From: Thermotogota bacterium
GTDB taxonomy: Bacteria; Thermotogota; Thermotogae; B3-G13
Assembly (NCBI GenBank): GCA_015486095.1
Contig: WFSK01000146.1
Location: forward strand, 1-32,682
DNA length: 32,682 nt
Reading direction: 5' to 3'
A model generated the notes under the pieces. That model was not told the DNA's origin and made no database searches. It saw only the letters and a list, made by a program, of their open reading frames with translations. Position numbers and translations under genes: made by a program. Positions 11,347 through 19,364 of the stretch are shown in pieces (positions within the stretch are counted from its first letter, which is position 1; each line of letters starts with the position of its first letter).

Positions 11347-12299
11347 ATTGGCTAATAGCCATAGTGAATATATTCATGAATCCCTTTTTCTACAAATCTA
11401 TGTTGAATAAGGCTACACCTCTGATATTTGCTTCTTTGGGTGGGGTATATTCTGAGACAACCGGTGTGGTCAATATAGCACTTGAGGGAATAATGCTTGC
11501 AGGCGCATTTGCTTCTGTTGTGTTTACATATATAACGGGTAACCCATGGATTGGGATACTCATGGCTGTGTACATCGGTGCCGCTATGGGTGCGCTTCAT
11601 GCACTTGCCTGTGTCACATACAGAGGGAATCAAATAGTCAGTGGGACTGCACTGATCCTGCTCAGCCAGGGTGCAACGGGTTTTTTATTGCAAAGGATAT
11701 TTGGACAACCGGGTAGTTCAGACCTCGTAAAAACCTTACCAACATGGAAGATCGAGGCGTTCAGAAGGATACCGTTTGTAGGACTCATAATAGGAGACCT
11801 GTCTCCATTAGTTTACATCGCATTTATCTGCGTCATATGCTCTCACTTTCTGATCTTCAAGACGAAATTGGGCTTGAGGATGAGGGCAGTTGGTGAAAAT
11901 CCGGAATCTGCTGATACTCTGGGGATAGATGTGTATAACGTGAGGTATTTTGGTGTGATCATGAGTGGCATACTCGCTTCATTGGGAGGGGCATTCTTAT
12001 CGGTAGGACAGTTGGGGCAATTCACAGAAAACATGTCGAACGGTAGAGGATTCATCGCACTCGCGGCCATGATATTTGGCAATTGGAAACCATTTGGTGC
12101 CTTAGGGGCTTCACTGCTATTCGGTATGGCAGAATCTTTCAGTTATCAATTGCAGACTCAATCCATATTGAAATTACCGCCGGAGATAAAATATCTCTTC
12201 CTGATGATACCATTCGTACTTACACTCGTAGTGGTTGCAGGCTTTGTCGGAAAGACAAGACCACCTGCTTCAGATGGCATACCCTATGAAAAAGAATGA
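11343..12299 (+). CDS. ABC transporter permease, second subunit (CUT2 family)
   Basis: Multi-TM, with a VNIALEGIMLAGAF motif. I prefer GTG 11343, which overlaps the upstream TGA (GTGA), over the track start at 11310. Confidence 0.85.
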   Translation: MNWLIAIVNIFMNPFFYKSMLNKATPLIFASLGGVYSETTGVVNIALEGIMLAGAFASVVFTYITGNPWIGILMAVYIGAAMGALHALACVTYRGNQIVSGTALILLSQGATGFLLQRIFGQPGSSDLVKTLPTWKIEAFRRIPFVGLIIGDLSPLVYIAFICVICSHFLIFKTKLGLRMRAVGENPESADTLGIDVYNVRYFGVIMSGILASLGGAFLSVGQLGQFTENMSNGRGFIALAAMIFGNWKPFGALGASLLFGMAESFSYQLQTQSILKLPPEIKYLFLMIPFVLTLVVVAGFVGKTRPPASDGIPYEKE

Positions 12300-12307
12300 G
12301 AGGATAA

Positions 12308-13678
12308 ATGATAATGGATGATAAAAGAGAAAAAGAGAAGTTGTTGTTAACCATATTGGCTCTTAAAGAATCCATAGAAAAGGATCTCGAGAAAAAGAAG
12401 GGAATAAGGATATCTAAAAAGAAAGGGATTCCTGAGAAGGCTGAAGATAGATTCAAAAGGATTCTGAAAAGGGAAGAGAAAGTCTTAAAACCTGTAAAGA
12501 AAATCGAGATAGCACTTGAGGATGTAAAGACGTTCTTTGATATCCCGATGTATGATTTCGATGTAGATGTCCTGATAAAAGAGATAGATGCTGCTTATAA
12601 GGAGGAAACTTCAGAGAGATATAATCTATTGGCAATAGCCACTGCCTTGAAAGGAAATTTCGATGAAGCCTTGAGTTATATCAAGAATGCGTATGCGAAG
12701 AAGGCAGACCTTGCTTTTCTCTTAAATGAGATAGAGATAACGGCAATGCAGGGAAAATTAGAGAAGGCCGTGACAACTTGCCTTTCGTTCCTGAAGAAAA
12801 ATCCAGATTATGCAGAAGGATACCTCGAATTGGCAAAGAACCTCTTCTTACTGGGGATGAATAGAAATACGTGGTTGAAATTACTCCATACCTATGTTCA
12901 ACTCGAGAAGGATACATTCAAAAAGGGATTCTGGAAAGGCATTGAACTCTCCCTGGACGACAATGCATATGAGGCGATCTCGACCCTTTCTTCCACATTG
13001 AGATATGGAAAGAATACTGCTCTCATCAGTAACATCATCGCTTACATACGTATGTGGAATAACGATTTTGAAGAGGCAAATAGAAATCTTAATATTGCTA
13101 AAAAAGAGGATTTCGCCTGTGTTCACTGTAATATTGCCAGCTTAGATTTCCTTTCCGATAACGTTTCTTCGGAAGAATTAAAGCACCTACACAGTCGATA
13201 TCCGTACTGCTTTTCCATCTCAAAGACATTGATCAAGAAGTTGATCTTAGAGGATAGATGCAAAGAAGCCATAGAAGAAGCGAATCAACTCTTAGAATCA
13301 GATATCGCGAATGATCCAGAGACATTATATGTAGCGGGACTTGCCTTTTATCACTCTCACGACCTGAATTCAGCAGATAAGATATGGGGAACTCTTTTTG
13401 AGAAATATCCCTCGACTTCTGTTTCCTTACTGTATAAGCATGAGATAGTAAAAAAACAAGGTATCTTCGGTACAAGGTATTTGAAGAGTACTAACTTGGA
13501 TCATTCCAGATATAAGCAGAACTTCGCTAGTACATTGAAGAAACTCTTGCCTCTATTCGCGAAGAAAAACTCATACAATGAGAAGAGTGTTGATTTTGCC
13601 TTTCGTATGCCCAATTATTCTACATTTTATCAGGCCTTCGCGGGTAATATGTGTAAATACAAAAGGCCGAGGTTCTGA
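12308..13678 (+). CDS. Hypothetical TPR-like helical-repeat protein
   Basis: 456-aa ORF with GAGAGGA upstream. It has a Lys-rich N-terminus followed by repeated A/Y/L helical-hairpin-like segments (NFDEALSYIKNAY, NPDYAEGYLELAKNLF, DPETLYVAGLAFY). I recognise no catalytic motif. Confidence 0.6.
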   Translation: MIMDDKREKEKLLLTILALKESIEKDLEKKKGIRISKKKGIPEKAEDRFKRILKREEKVLKPVKKIEIALEDVKTFFDIPMYDFDVDVLIKEIDAAYKEETSERYNLLAIATALKGNFDEALSYIKNAYAKKADLAFLLNEIEITAMQGKLEKAVTTCLSFLKKNPDYAEGYLELAKNLFLLGMNRNTWLKLLHTYVQLEKDTFKKGFWKGIELSLDDNAYEAISTLSSTLRYGKNTALISNIIAYIRMWNNDFEEANRNLNIAKKEDFACVHCNIASLDFLSDNVSSEELKHLHSRYPYCFSISKTLIKKLILEDRCKEAIEEANQLLESDIANDPETLYVAGLAFYHSHDLNSADKIWGTLFEKYPSTSVSLLYKHEIVKKQGIFGTRYLKSTNLDHSRYKQNFASTLKKLLPLFAKKNSYNEKSVDFAFRMPNYSTFYQAFAGNMCKYKRPRF

Positions 13679-13698
13679 TATTTCTGAAAGACCTGTCC

Positions 13699-14445
13699 TC
13701 ATCCATATCTCAGCAAGATCATCGCAGTTATCACAGCAGTTTCAGCACGAAGAATACGTGCACCTAAGGATACCGTGGTAAAACCTGCCTTCACAAATCT
13801 ATTCACCTCAGAAGATTCAAATCCCCCTTCTCCTCCCACTACTGCCGATACATGTGACTTATCTCTGACAATTCCTTTGAATACCCTGGTTTCTCCTTCC
13901 CAGAACAGAAATTTCTGGCCACCGTCTTCGGGTATATTCATTATCACATCTTCTATCCTATCGTACAACTTTATCTTCGGTACATATGGATACTTCGATT
14001 GCTTCATGGCATCTATCGCTATCCACTTGAATGACTGTAATCGTTTAAGAGGATCTTTGACCTTTACTACGCTGCGCCTGGAATGAAAAAAAATGATGGA
14101 ATTCATCCCCAATTCCGTCGCCTTCTGCACGATGAACCTGTTCTTGTTGCCTTTGAGAGGTACAACGTACAGGTCTATTGTACGTTCATATTCGTCCTCG
14201 AAGTGTTGCCATCGATCTGGGGTGAGTAAGATTTCATCTCTGTCACACCTCAACACCTTGGCGAGGCACAAATTCCCCACCCCGTCGGTTATCACGATCT
14301 TGTCACCCTTCTTCTTTCTCAACACCCTCGCATGCCTTGCCTCGCGAGGAGATAATCGAAGTATATCATTGTTTGCCTTGTTATCGATATAAAACCAGTC
14401 GAATCGTCGAAATTCACTTAATAGGCTCGATGATATCCTTTCCAT
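13699..14445 (-). CDS. rsmE: 16S rRNA (uracil1498-N3)-methyltransferase
   Basis: 248 aa. VVGGEGGFESSEV and VSLGARILRAETAVITAM match the RsmE SPOUT motifs. ATG 14445 overlaps the serS 3' end by 32 nt. Confidence 0.85.
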   Translation of the reverse strand: MERISSSLLSEFRRFDWFYIDNKANNDILRLSPREARHARVLRKKKGDKIVITDGVGNLCLAKVLRCDRDEILLTPDRWQHFEDEYERTIDLYVVPLKGNKNRFIVQKATELGMNSIIFFHSRRSVVKVKDPLKRLQSFKWIAIDAMKQSKYPYVPKIKLYDRIEDVIMNIPEDGGQKFLFWEGETRVFKGIVRDKSHVSAVVGGEGGFESSEVNRFVKAGFTTVSLGARILRAETAVITAMILLRYG

Positions 14446-15703
14446 TGAAATAATCTCTTAAGGTCTTGGGAATCGTGATCGTTCCATCAGGATTCTGGTA
14501 GTTTTCCAATACAGCTATCAGTGTTCTTCCTACCGCCAGGCCCGAGCCGTTCAGTGTATGTAAAAGCCTCGTCTTACCATCAGTAGTTCTGTACCTTATA
14601 TGTCCCCTTCGAGCCTGAAAATCGATATCGTTTGAGCAAGAAGATATCTCTCTGTATCTCCCATAAGATGGTAACCATACCTCTATATCATACGTTTTGG
14701 CAACGGTGAAACCCATATCGCCTGTACATAACAATACGACCCTATACGGCAGTTCGAGGTATTGTAAGACCTCTTCAGCCGAATGAACTATGTATTCCAA
14801 TTCCTCATACGACCTTTCAGGGGTAGTAAAAGAGACTAATTCAACCTTATCGAATTGATGTTGTCTAAACATGCCTCTGACATCTTTACCATAACTTCCT
14901 GCTTCCCTCCTATAACATGGGGAATAGGCAACATACCTCTTGGGTAATTCCTGTTCAGGAATAACTTCATTCATATGCATAGAGACTAAAGATATCTCTG
15001 CAGTAGGTATGAGAAACTGATCGTCTCGTTCTAAAAGGTATGCATCGTTTTCCATCTTTGGTAATTGTCCCGTGGCAAACATCGTTTCTCTTTTAACGAT
15101 ATGAGGAACTCTGATCTCCATGAAACCATGCTTTTCCACGTGAAGATCTATCATAAAATCTATCAGTATACGCTCCAAACGTGCTATATCTCCTCTCAGA
15201 TACTCGAATCCGCCTCCAGACACCTTAGATGCACGCACGAAGTCTATCCAACCGTTTTCAACGGCAAAGTCCCAATGTGGTTTCTTTACGAATCCCTTTT
15301 CTTTTACTTCACCCCACCTACGAACTTCTTTGTTGTCGTTTTCGTCGAGACCTACGGGAACATCTGAAGCAGGTATGTTCGGTATCCTCGATAGGATATC
15401 ACCGAGCTTCTCTTCTATTTCATTGAGGATCTTTTCTCGTTCTTTTATCTTCAGAGATACCGCCTTGGTTTTATTCATCAACTGCTCTACTTGTCCTGGC
15501 GCATCCTCACCTTTTGCCTTCATCATGCCAATTTTTCTGGAATTCTCGTTACGCTGCTGCCTTAACGCGTTTATTTCGCCTATCAAGTTTCTTCTTCTCT
15601 CATCCAGTTCTCTGAACTCGGATAGGGTCATATCGTAATTCCTGTTCCTCAACATCTGTTCTATCTCATCTATGTGTTCTCTTACATACTTTATATCTAA
15701 CAT
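14414..15703 (-). CDS. serS: Seryl-tRNA synthetase
   Basis: 429 aa. N-terminal coiled-coil arm, class II motif 2 YRREAGSYGKDVRGMFRQHQFDKVE, and motif 3 GSGLAVGRTLIAVLENYQ. Confidence 0.97.
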   Translation of the reverse strand: MLDIKYVREHIDEIEQMLRNRNYDMTLSEFRELDERRRNLIGEINALRQQRNENSRKIGMMKAKGEDAPGQVEQLMNKTKAVSLKIKEREKILNEIEEKLGDILSRIPNIPASDVPVGLDENDNKEVRRWGEVKEKGFVKKPHWDFAVENGWIDFVRASKVSGGGFEYLRGDIARLERILIDFMIDLHVEKHGFMEIRVPHIVKRETMFATGQLPKMENDAYLLERDDQFLIPTAEISLVSMHMNEVIPEQELPKRYVAYSPCYRREAGSYGKDVRGMFRQHQFDKVELVSFTTPERSYEELEYIVHSAEEVLQYLELPYRVVLLCTGDMGFTVAKTYDIEVWLPSYGRYREISSCSNDIDFQARRGHIRYRTTDGKTRLLHTLNGSGLAVGRTLIAVLENYQNPDGTITIPKTLRDYFNGKDIIEPIK

Positions 15704-15727
15704 TTCTCACCTCGTATCCCGATCGAA

Positions 15728-16576
15728 TTAGAATATTGCTGAAAAGCTTAGATAATAATCTGTGGTTATAAATGGTATGTTGACCTCAAAGGTTTCACCA
15801 GATCGTTCAGCAATATACCGCGTAATAGCCACATAGTTGTAGAGTGCATCGGTGAGGGTATTTCCCTGCATAAATCGTAAGAACCCTTCAACCACTGGAT
15901 ATCGATAACCGATCTCAACAGCAGAATAATCGTTGTAGAACCACCTGAACCCCACTTTGGACATAACATAAAAGCTTTTGTCTTTGAAATCCTCTATAAA
16001 CTGAGAATATTCTGTGGATTCAGGAGTTGGATTTGCAGAAATATTCAATACTTTCCCTGTTTCGATACCTGCGAACAACTCCGTGTTCTTCGTGGTATAG
16101 TAACCAAGTTGTCCAAAGGTCTTACCCCAGGTAGCATTTACGTTGAAAGAGTCATATGAGCTGGAAAATCTGCAGCCAGTATTATTGGCTTCCAGATGTG
16201 TTTTTAGTGAAAGCCGTCTAATATTCAAGTCGGTATGCCAATATGCACTTATATTCCAGATCCCGATATTCATATCCGGGGGTTTTGACTGACCAAAGTA
16301 AGAAGGGAAGACAAAAGGATCGTAATAATTACCCCCTATCTGTATAACGGAATTTCTGCGCAAGAAATACCTCAGATTACCGTTGTAAAAGCCAAGGATG
16401 TCGAGGAGCGGTTGTGAAGATATCTCCAATCTACCCAAACTGTAACCAATGGATGTTAGCTCAACAAAAGGACCTTTAGGATGTGGGGAATGAATATCAA
16501 AAGTAACTCCCGATACGATTATACCACTAAACAAGAAAAACGAGATCAGTAATATCAGTATATTTTTGGTCTTCAC
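15728..16576 (-). CDS. Hypothetical secreted protein, predicted outer-membrane beta-barrel
   Basis: GTG start with GGTGGAG upstream. Signal-peptide-like MKTKNILILLISFFLFSGIIVSG. Aromatic-rich alternating segments, and a C-terminal YYLSFSAIF ending in Phe as in beta-barrel OMPs. Confidence 0.55.
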   Translation of the reverse strand: MKTKNILILLISFFLFSGIIVSGVTFDIHSPHPKGPFVELTSIGYSLGRLEISSQPLLDILGFYNGNLRYFLRRNSVIQIGGNYYDPFVFPSYFGQSKPPDMNIGIWNISAYWHTDLNIRRLSLKTHLEANNTGCRFSSSYDSFNVNATWGKTFGQLGYYTTKNTELFAGIETGKVLNISANPTPESTEYSQFIEDFKDKSFYVMSKVGFRWFYNDYSAVEIGYRYPVVEGFLRFMQGNTLTDALYNYVAITRYIAERSGETFEVNIPFITTDYYLSFSAIF

Positions 16577-16632
16577 AAAATCTCCACCCTTTCATTGCTT
16601 ATTTCACCTTATTATATGATGTGATACCTGAA

Positions 16633-17655
16633 TTATACCATGAGTAGCAACCAATAGGTAACCATCCCAATTATTAGGGTTAAAGGTATGGTTATTATCC
16701 AGGCGATGACCATTCTATTCACCTCTGACCACCTTATGCGACGAAGGTTTTGAAAGAATGTTCCTCCTATTACAGAAGAACCGAGGACATGAGTGGTACT
16801 CACTGGCATACCTATCAAACTTGCCATCGTTACTGCTATGCCTGCTCCAACCTCTGCAGAGAAACCGTGTTTAGGTTCCATCTTTGTCAACCGCCAGCCT
16901 ATCGTTCGCATTACTCTCCAACCCATGAGAAAGGTACCGATACCCATTGCAGCCCCACAACTCATCATCACCCATAATGGAACGGAGAAATGTGACCCAG
17001 AACCTTTAGAAGAAATAAATCCTCCTGTTATCAGGGCTATAGTAATTACACCCATTGCATTTTGCGTATCGTTCATACCATGAGAGAGTGACATAAAAGA
17101 AGAGGAGAAGATCTGCCCCCATTTGAATACTCTTTCCACTTTTAACGATGGTGTTTTCTTGAAAAATAAATAGAGTAACCAACCAACGGCAGCAAAGATC
17201 AAGGCCCCTAATATGAATCCCCACAGCGGACCGAATACGATGGCGAGAAACACCTTATCGGTTAGGATCTTCCACCTTATTATATGTGTTCCACCTGCCG
17301 ATATCCCTGCTCCCATGAGCCCACCTACCAGCGCATGTGTTACACTTATGGGGATCCCGAGTCTTGTACAGATAAAGACCCATATTATTGCGCTCAATAA
17401 TCCGGAAATAAGAACTTTGAGGAAGACATCGTGGTTTAGGGCATTAACGAAAACGATCCCCTTACCGATGGTTTCTGCCACCCGTGTGGAAGTGCATGCA
17501 CCAGCGAGATTAAATATACTCGCCAATACCACAGCTTTCATCGGTGTCAGTGCCTTCGTTGCAGTCACCGTGGCGATCGCATTCGCACGGTCGTTTGCCC
17601 CATTCAAGAAGCTATAAAAGAGGGCTAAAATTACTATTATGGCCATGAGAAACAT
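16633..17655 (-). CDS. pit: Inorganic phosphate transporter, PiT (PHO4) family
   Basis: 340 aa, polytopic. Duplicated GANDRANAIAT and HGMNDTQNAMG signature motifs. Its ATG lies 4 nt after the upstream DUF47 stop. Confidence 0.9.
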   Translation of the reverse strand: MFLMAIIVILALFYSFLNGANDRANAIATVTATKALTPMKAVVLASIFNLAGACTSTRVAETIGKGIVFVNALNHDVFLKVLISGLLSAIIWVFICTRLGIPISVTHALVGGLMGAGISAGGTHIIRWKILTDKVFLAIVFGPLWGFILGALIFAAVGWLLYLFFKKTPSLKVERVFKWGQIFSSSFMSLSHGMNDTQNAMGVITIALITGGFISSKGSGSHFSVPLWVMMSCGAAMGIGTFLMGWRVMRTIGWRLTKMEPKHGFSAEVGAGIAVTMASLIGMPVSTTHVLGSSVIGGTFFQNLRRIRWSEVNRMVIAWIITIPLTLIIGMVTYWLLLMV

Positions 17656-17659
17656 GATC

Positions 17660-18334
17660 TCAAATTCCTCCCTTTATCCTGAACGTATCGAGGATATCAG
17701 CCACGTCTTCACATTGGTCCACCGTATCTTCTAATATATCCACTATTTCTCTCAATAATAACCTCTGGAGTACTTCGTTAGCATCTTTTGCAGGTGTGGT
17801 CATCAATTTCTTCAACCACTTACGGTTTACTACATCTGCTTCATTTTCCAGCTTATTTATCCTTATGCAACATTCCTGAAGATTTTTTTCCTCTTTCTTC
17901 AGATTTCTCAGATATTCAACTCCCCTCTTTATTTCCTTAGTTGCCTTCATAACTATAGGTGAAAACTCATTTATTGGTTCCAATACAATTTCATCTGATG
18001 CGAATGCCAACCTTGCCGCAGTCTTTTCTATATCGTCTATCACATTATCCAGATTATGAGCAAAGTAGCGAATATCCCCTTTTTCCTCTGTGATACGTGT
18101 GTGATCGCAAATCAGGTTGTTCAGGATCTGATGAACGATGGCATCTGCTTCCTCCTCTGCCTTTTTGATCTCATAGTTGATCTCCATAACCTTGGAGTAA
18201 TCACTTCTGATAGCTTCTAGTAATTCTGCCGCTTTCACAACCTTATCTGCAAGCGCACCGAAAAGATCGAAAAATTTTTTCTCTCTGGGTAAGAAAACCT
18301 GCATTTTGTACAAGAATGAAACAAATGAAACCAT
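17660..18334 (-). CDS. DUF47 / PhoU-like phosphate transport regulator-related protein
   Basis: 224-aa all-helical protein with LPREKKFFDLF near the N-terminus, the typical partner gene directly upstream of pit. Alternative ATG at 18304. ATG 18334 has GAAGGGA upstream. Confidence 0.8.
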   Translation of the reverse strand: MVSFVSFLYKMQVFLPREKKFFDLFGALADKVVKAAELLEAIRSDYSKVMEINYEIKKAEEEADAIVHQILNNLICDHTRITEEKGDIRYFAHNLDNVIDDIEKTAARLAFASDEIVLEPINEFSPIVMKATKEIKRGVEYLRNLKKEEKNLQECCIRINKLENEADVVNRKWLKKLMTTPAKDANEVLQRLLLREIVDILEDTVDQCEDVADILDTFRIKGGI

Positions 18335-18560
18335 TTTTCATATCACATCCCTTCTATGATCGATAGCATTGTGATACAATTATAGCATTGAATTAATATA
18401 ATCGTAAGAAGAAAACGAAAGAAGTAAGGTAAAATACTGATTGCTAAATGATAGATCTGCACATTGTGGTTACAAGTGAAAATGTTGCCCGGCTTTACCG
18501 CTTTATTTTACATTCTGCCATTTATATAGTCGATAATTCGTTGTTAACGATAAAGCGGTG

Positions 18561-18566
18561 TATAAT
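18561..18566 (+). promoter_or_regulatory. Candidate -10 box TATAAT for the DUF72 gene
   Basis: tataat at 18561-18566, about 40 nt upstream of ATG 18606. A GAGGAG SD lies nearer the ATG. The box abuts the right arm of a 10-bp inverted repeat (18497-18506 / 18550-18559). Confidence 0.35.
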
Positions 18567-18605
18567 ACTATTGTATTTGCATGAAATGAGGAGAATATAA
18601 ACATC

Positions 18606-19364
18606 ATGAAAGATACAAAAGGCAGGGCGTTTGTGGGGACATCGGGTTTCAGCTATGGGCACTGGAAAGGGATCTTTTATCCTGAGGGACTTCCTACGAA
18701 TCAATGGTTTTCCTATTACACTAAGTTCTTCGATACCGTTGAATTGAACAACACGTTCTATCATCTTCCGAGGGAGACCACAGTTAAAAAATGGAAGGAT
18801 ACCTCTCCCGATAACTTCATCTTCAGTGTAAAGGGCAGCAAATTCATAACCCATGTGAAGAAACTCGTAGACGTTAAAGATTCTCTACAGTTATTCGAAT
18901 CGAGGGCAACACTGCTCGGAGATAAACTGGGGGTGATCCTCTTCCAATTTCCCCCTTCCTTCAAAAAGGATATTGGAAAACTGGAGAGCTTCTTACCACT
19001 TCTGACTCCTAAAAGGCGATATACCATGGAATTCAGACACAAGTCATGGTTTTCGGATGACGTATATGAGATCCTGAAGAAGTATAACGTATCACTGTGT
19101 GCATCTGATACCCCAAGGTATCCGTATTACGAAGTACTAACCGCTGATTTCATGTACATAAGGCTTCACGGTCATGAAGTACTATATGCCTCTGACTATT
19201 CAGAAGAGGTATTGAAAGAATATGCAGAAAAGATAAAGGCCTTTAACGAGAAAAAGATAGACGTTTATATCTATTTCGATAATGATTTTTATGGTTATGC
19301 CGTGAAGGATGCGAAACGATTAAAGGAATTGCTCGGTGTTACATCACCTTTACTCCAGGAGTAA
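18606..19364 (+). CDS. DUF72 (YecE-like) family protein
   Basis: 252 aa. The N-terminal GTSGFSYGHWKGIFYP...YYTKFFDTVELNNTFY pattern is typical of DUF72. Confidence 0.85.
   Translation: MKDTKGRAFVGTSGFSYGHWKGIFYPEGLPTNQWFSYYTKFFDTVELNNTFYHLPRETTVKKWKDTSPDNFIFSVKGSKFITHVKKLVDVKDSLQLFESRATLLGDKLGVILFQFPPSFKKDIGKLESFLPLLTPKRRYTMEFRHKSWFSDDVYEILKKYNVSLCASDTPRYPYYEVLTADFMYIRLHGHEVLYASDYSEEVLKEYAEKIKAFNEKKIDVYIYFDNDFYGYAVKDAKRLKELLGVTSPLLQE

Noticed and set aside
15704-15727. T-box leader upstream of serS
   Set aside because: Only 24 nt separate serS from the upstream gene stop, which leaves no room for a T-box.
18522-18854. 110-aa minus-strand ORF overlapping the DUF72 gene start
   Set aside because: It is antisense to a recognisable DUF72 N-terminus and has no supporting signals.
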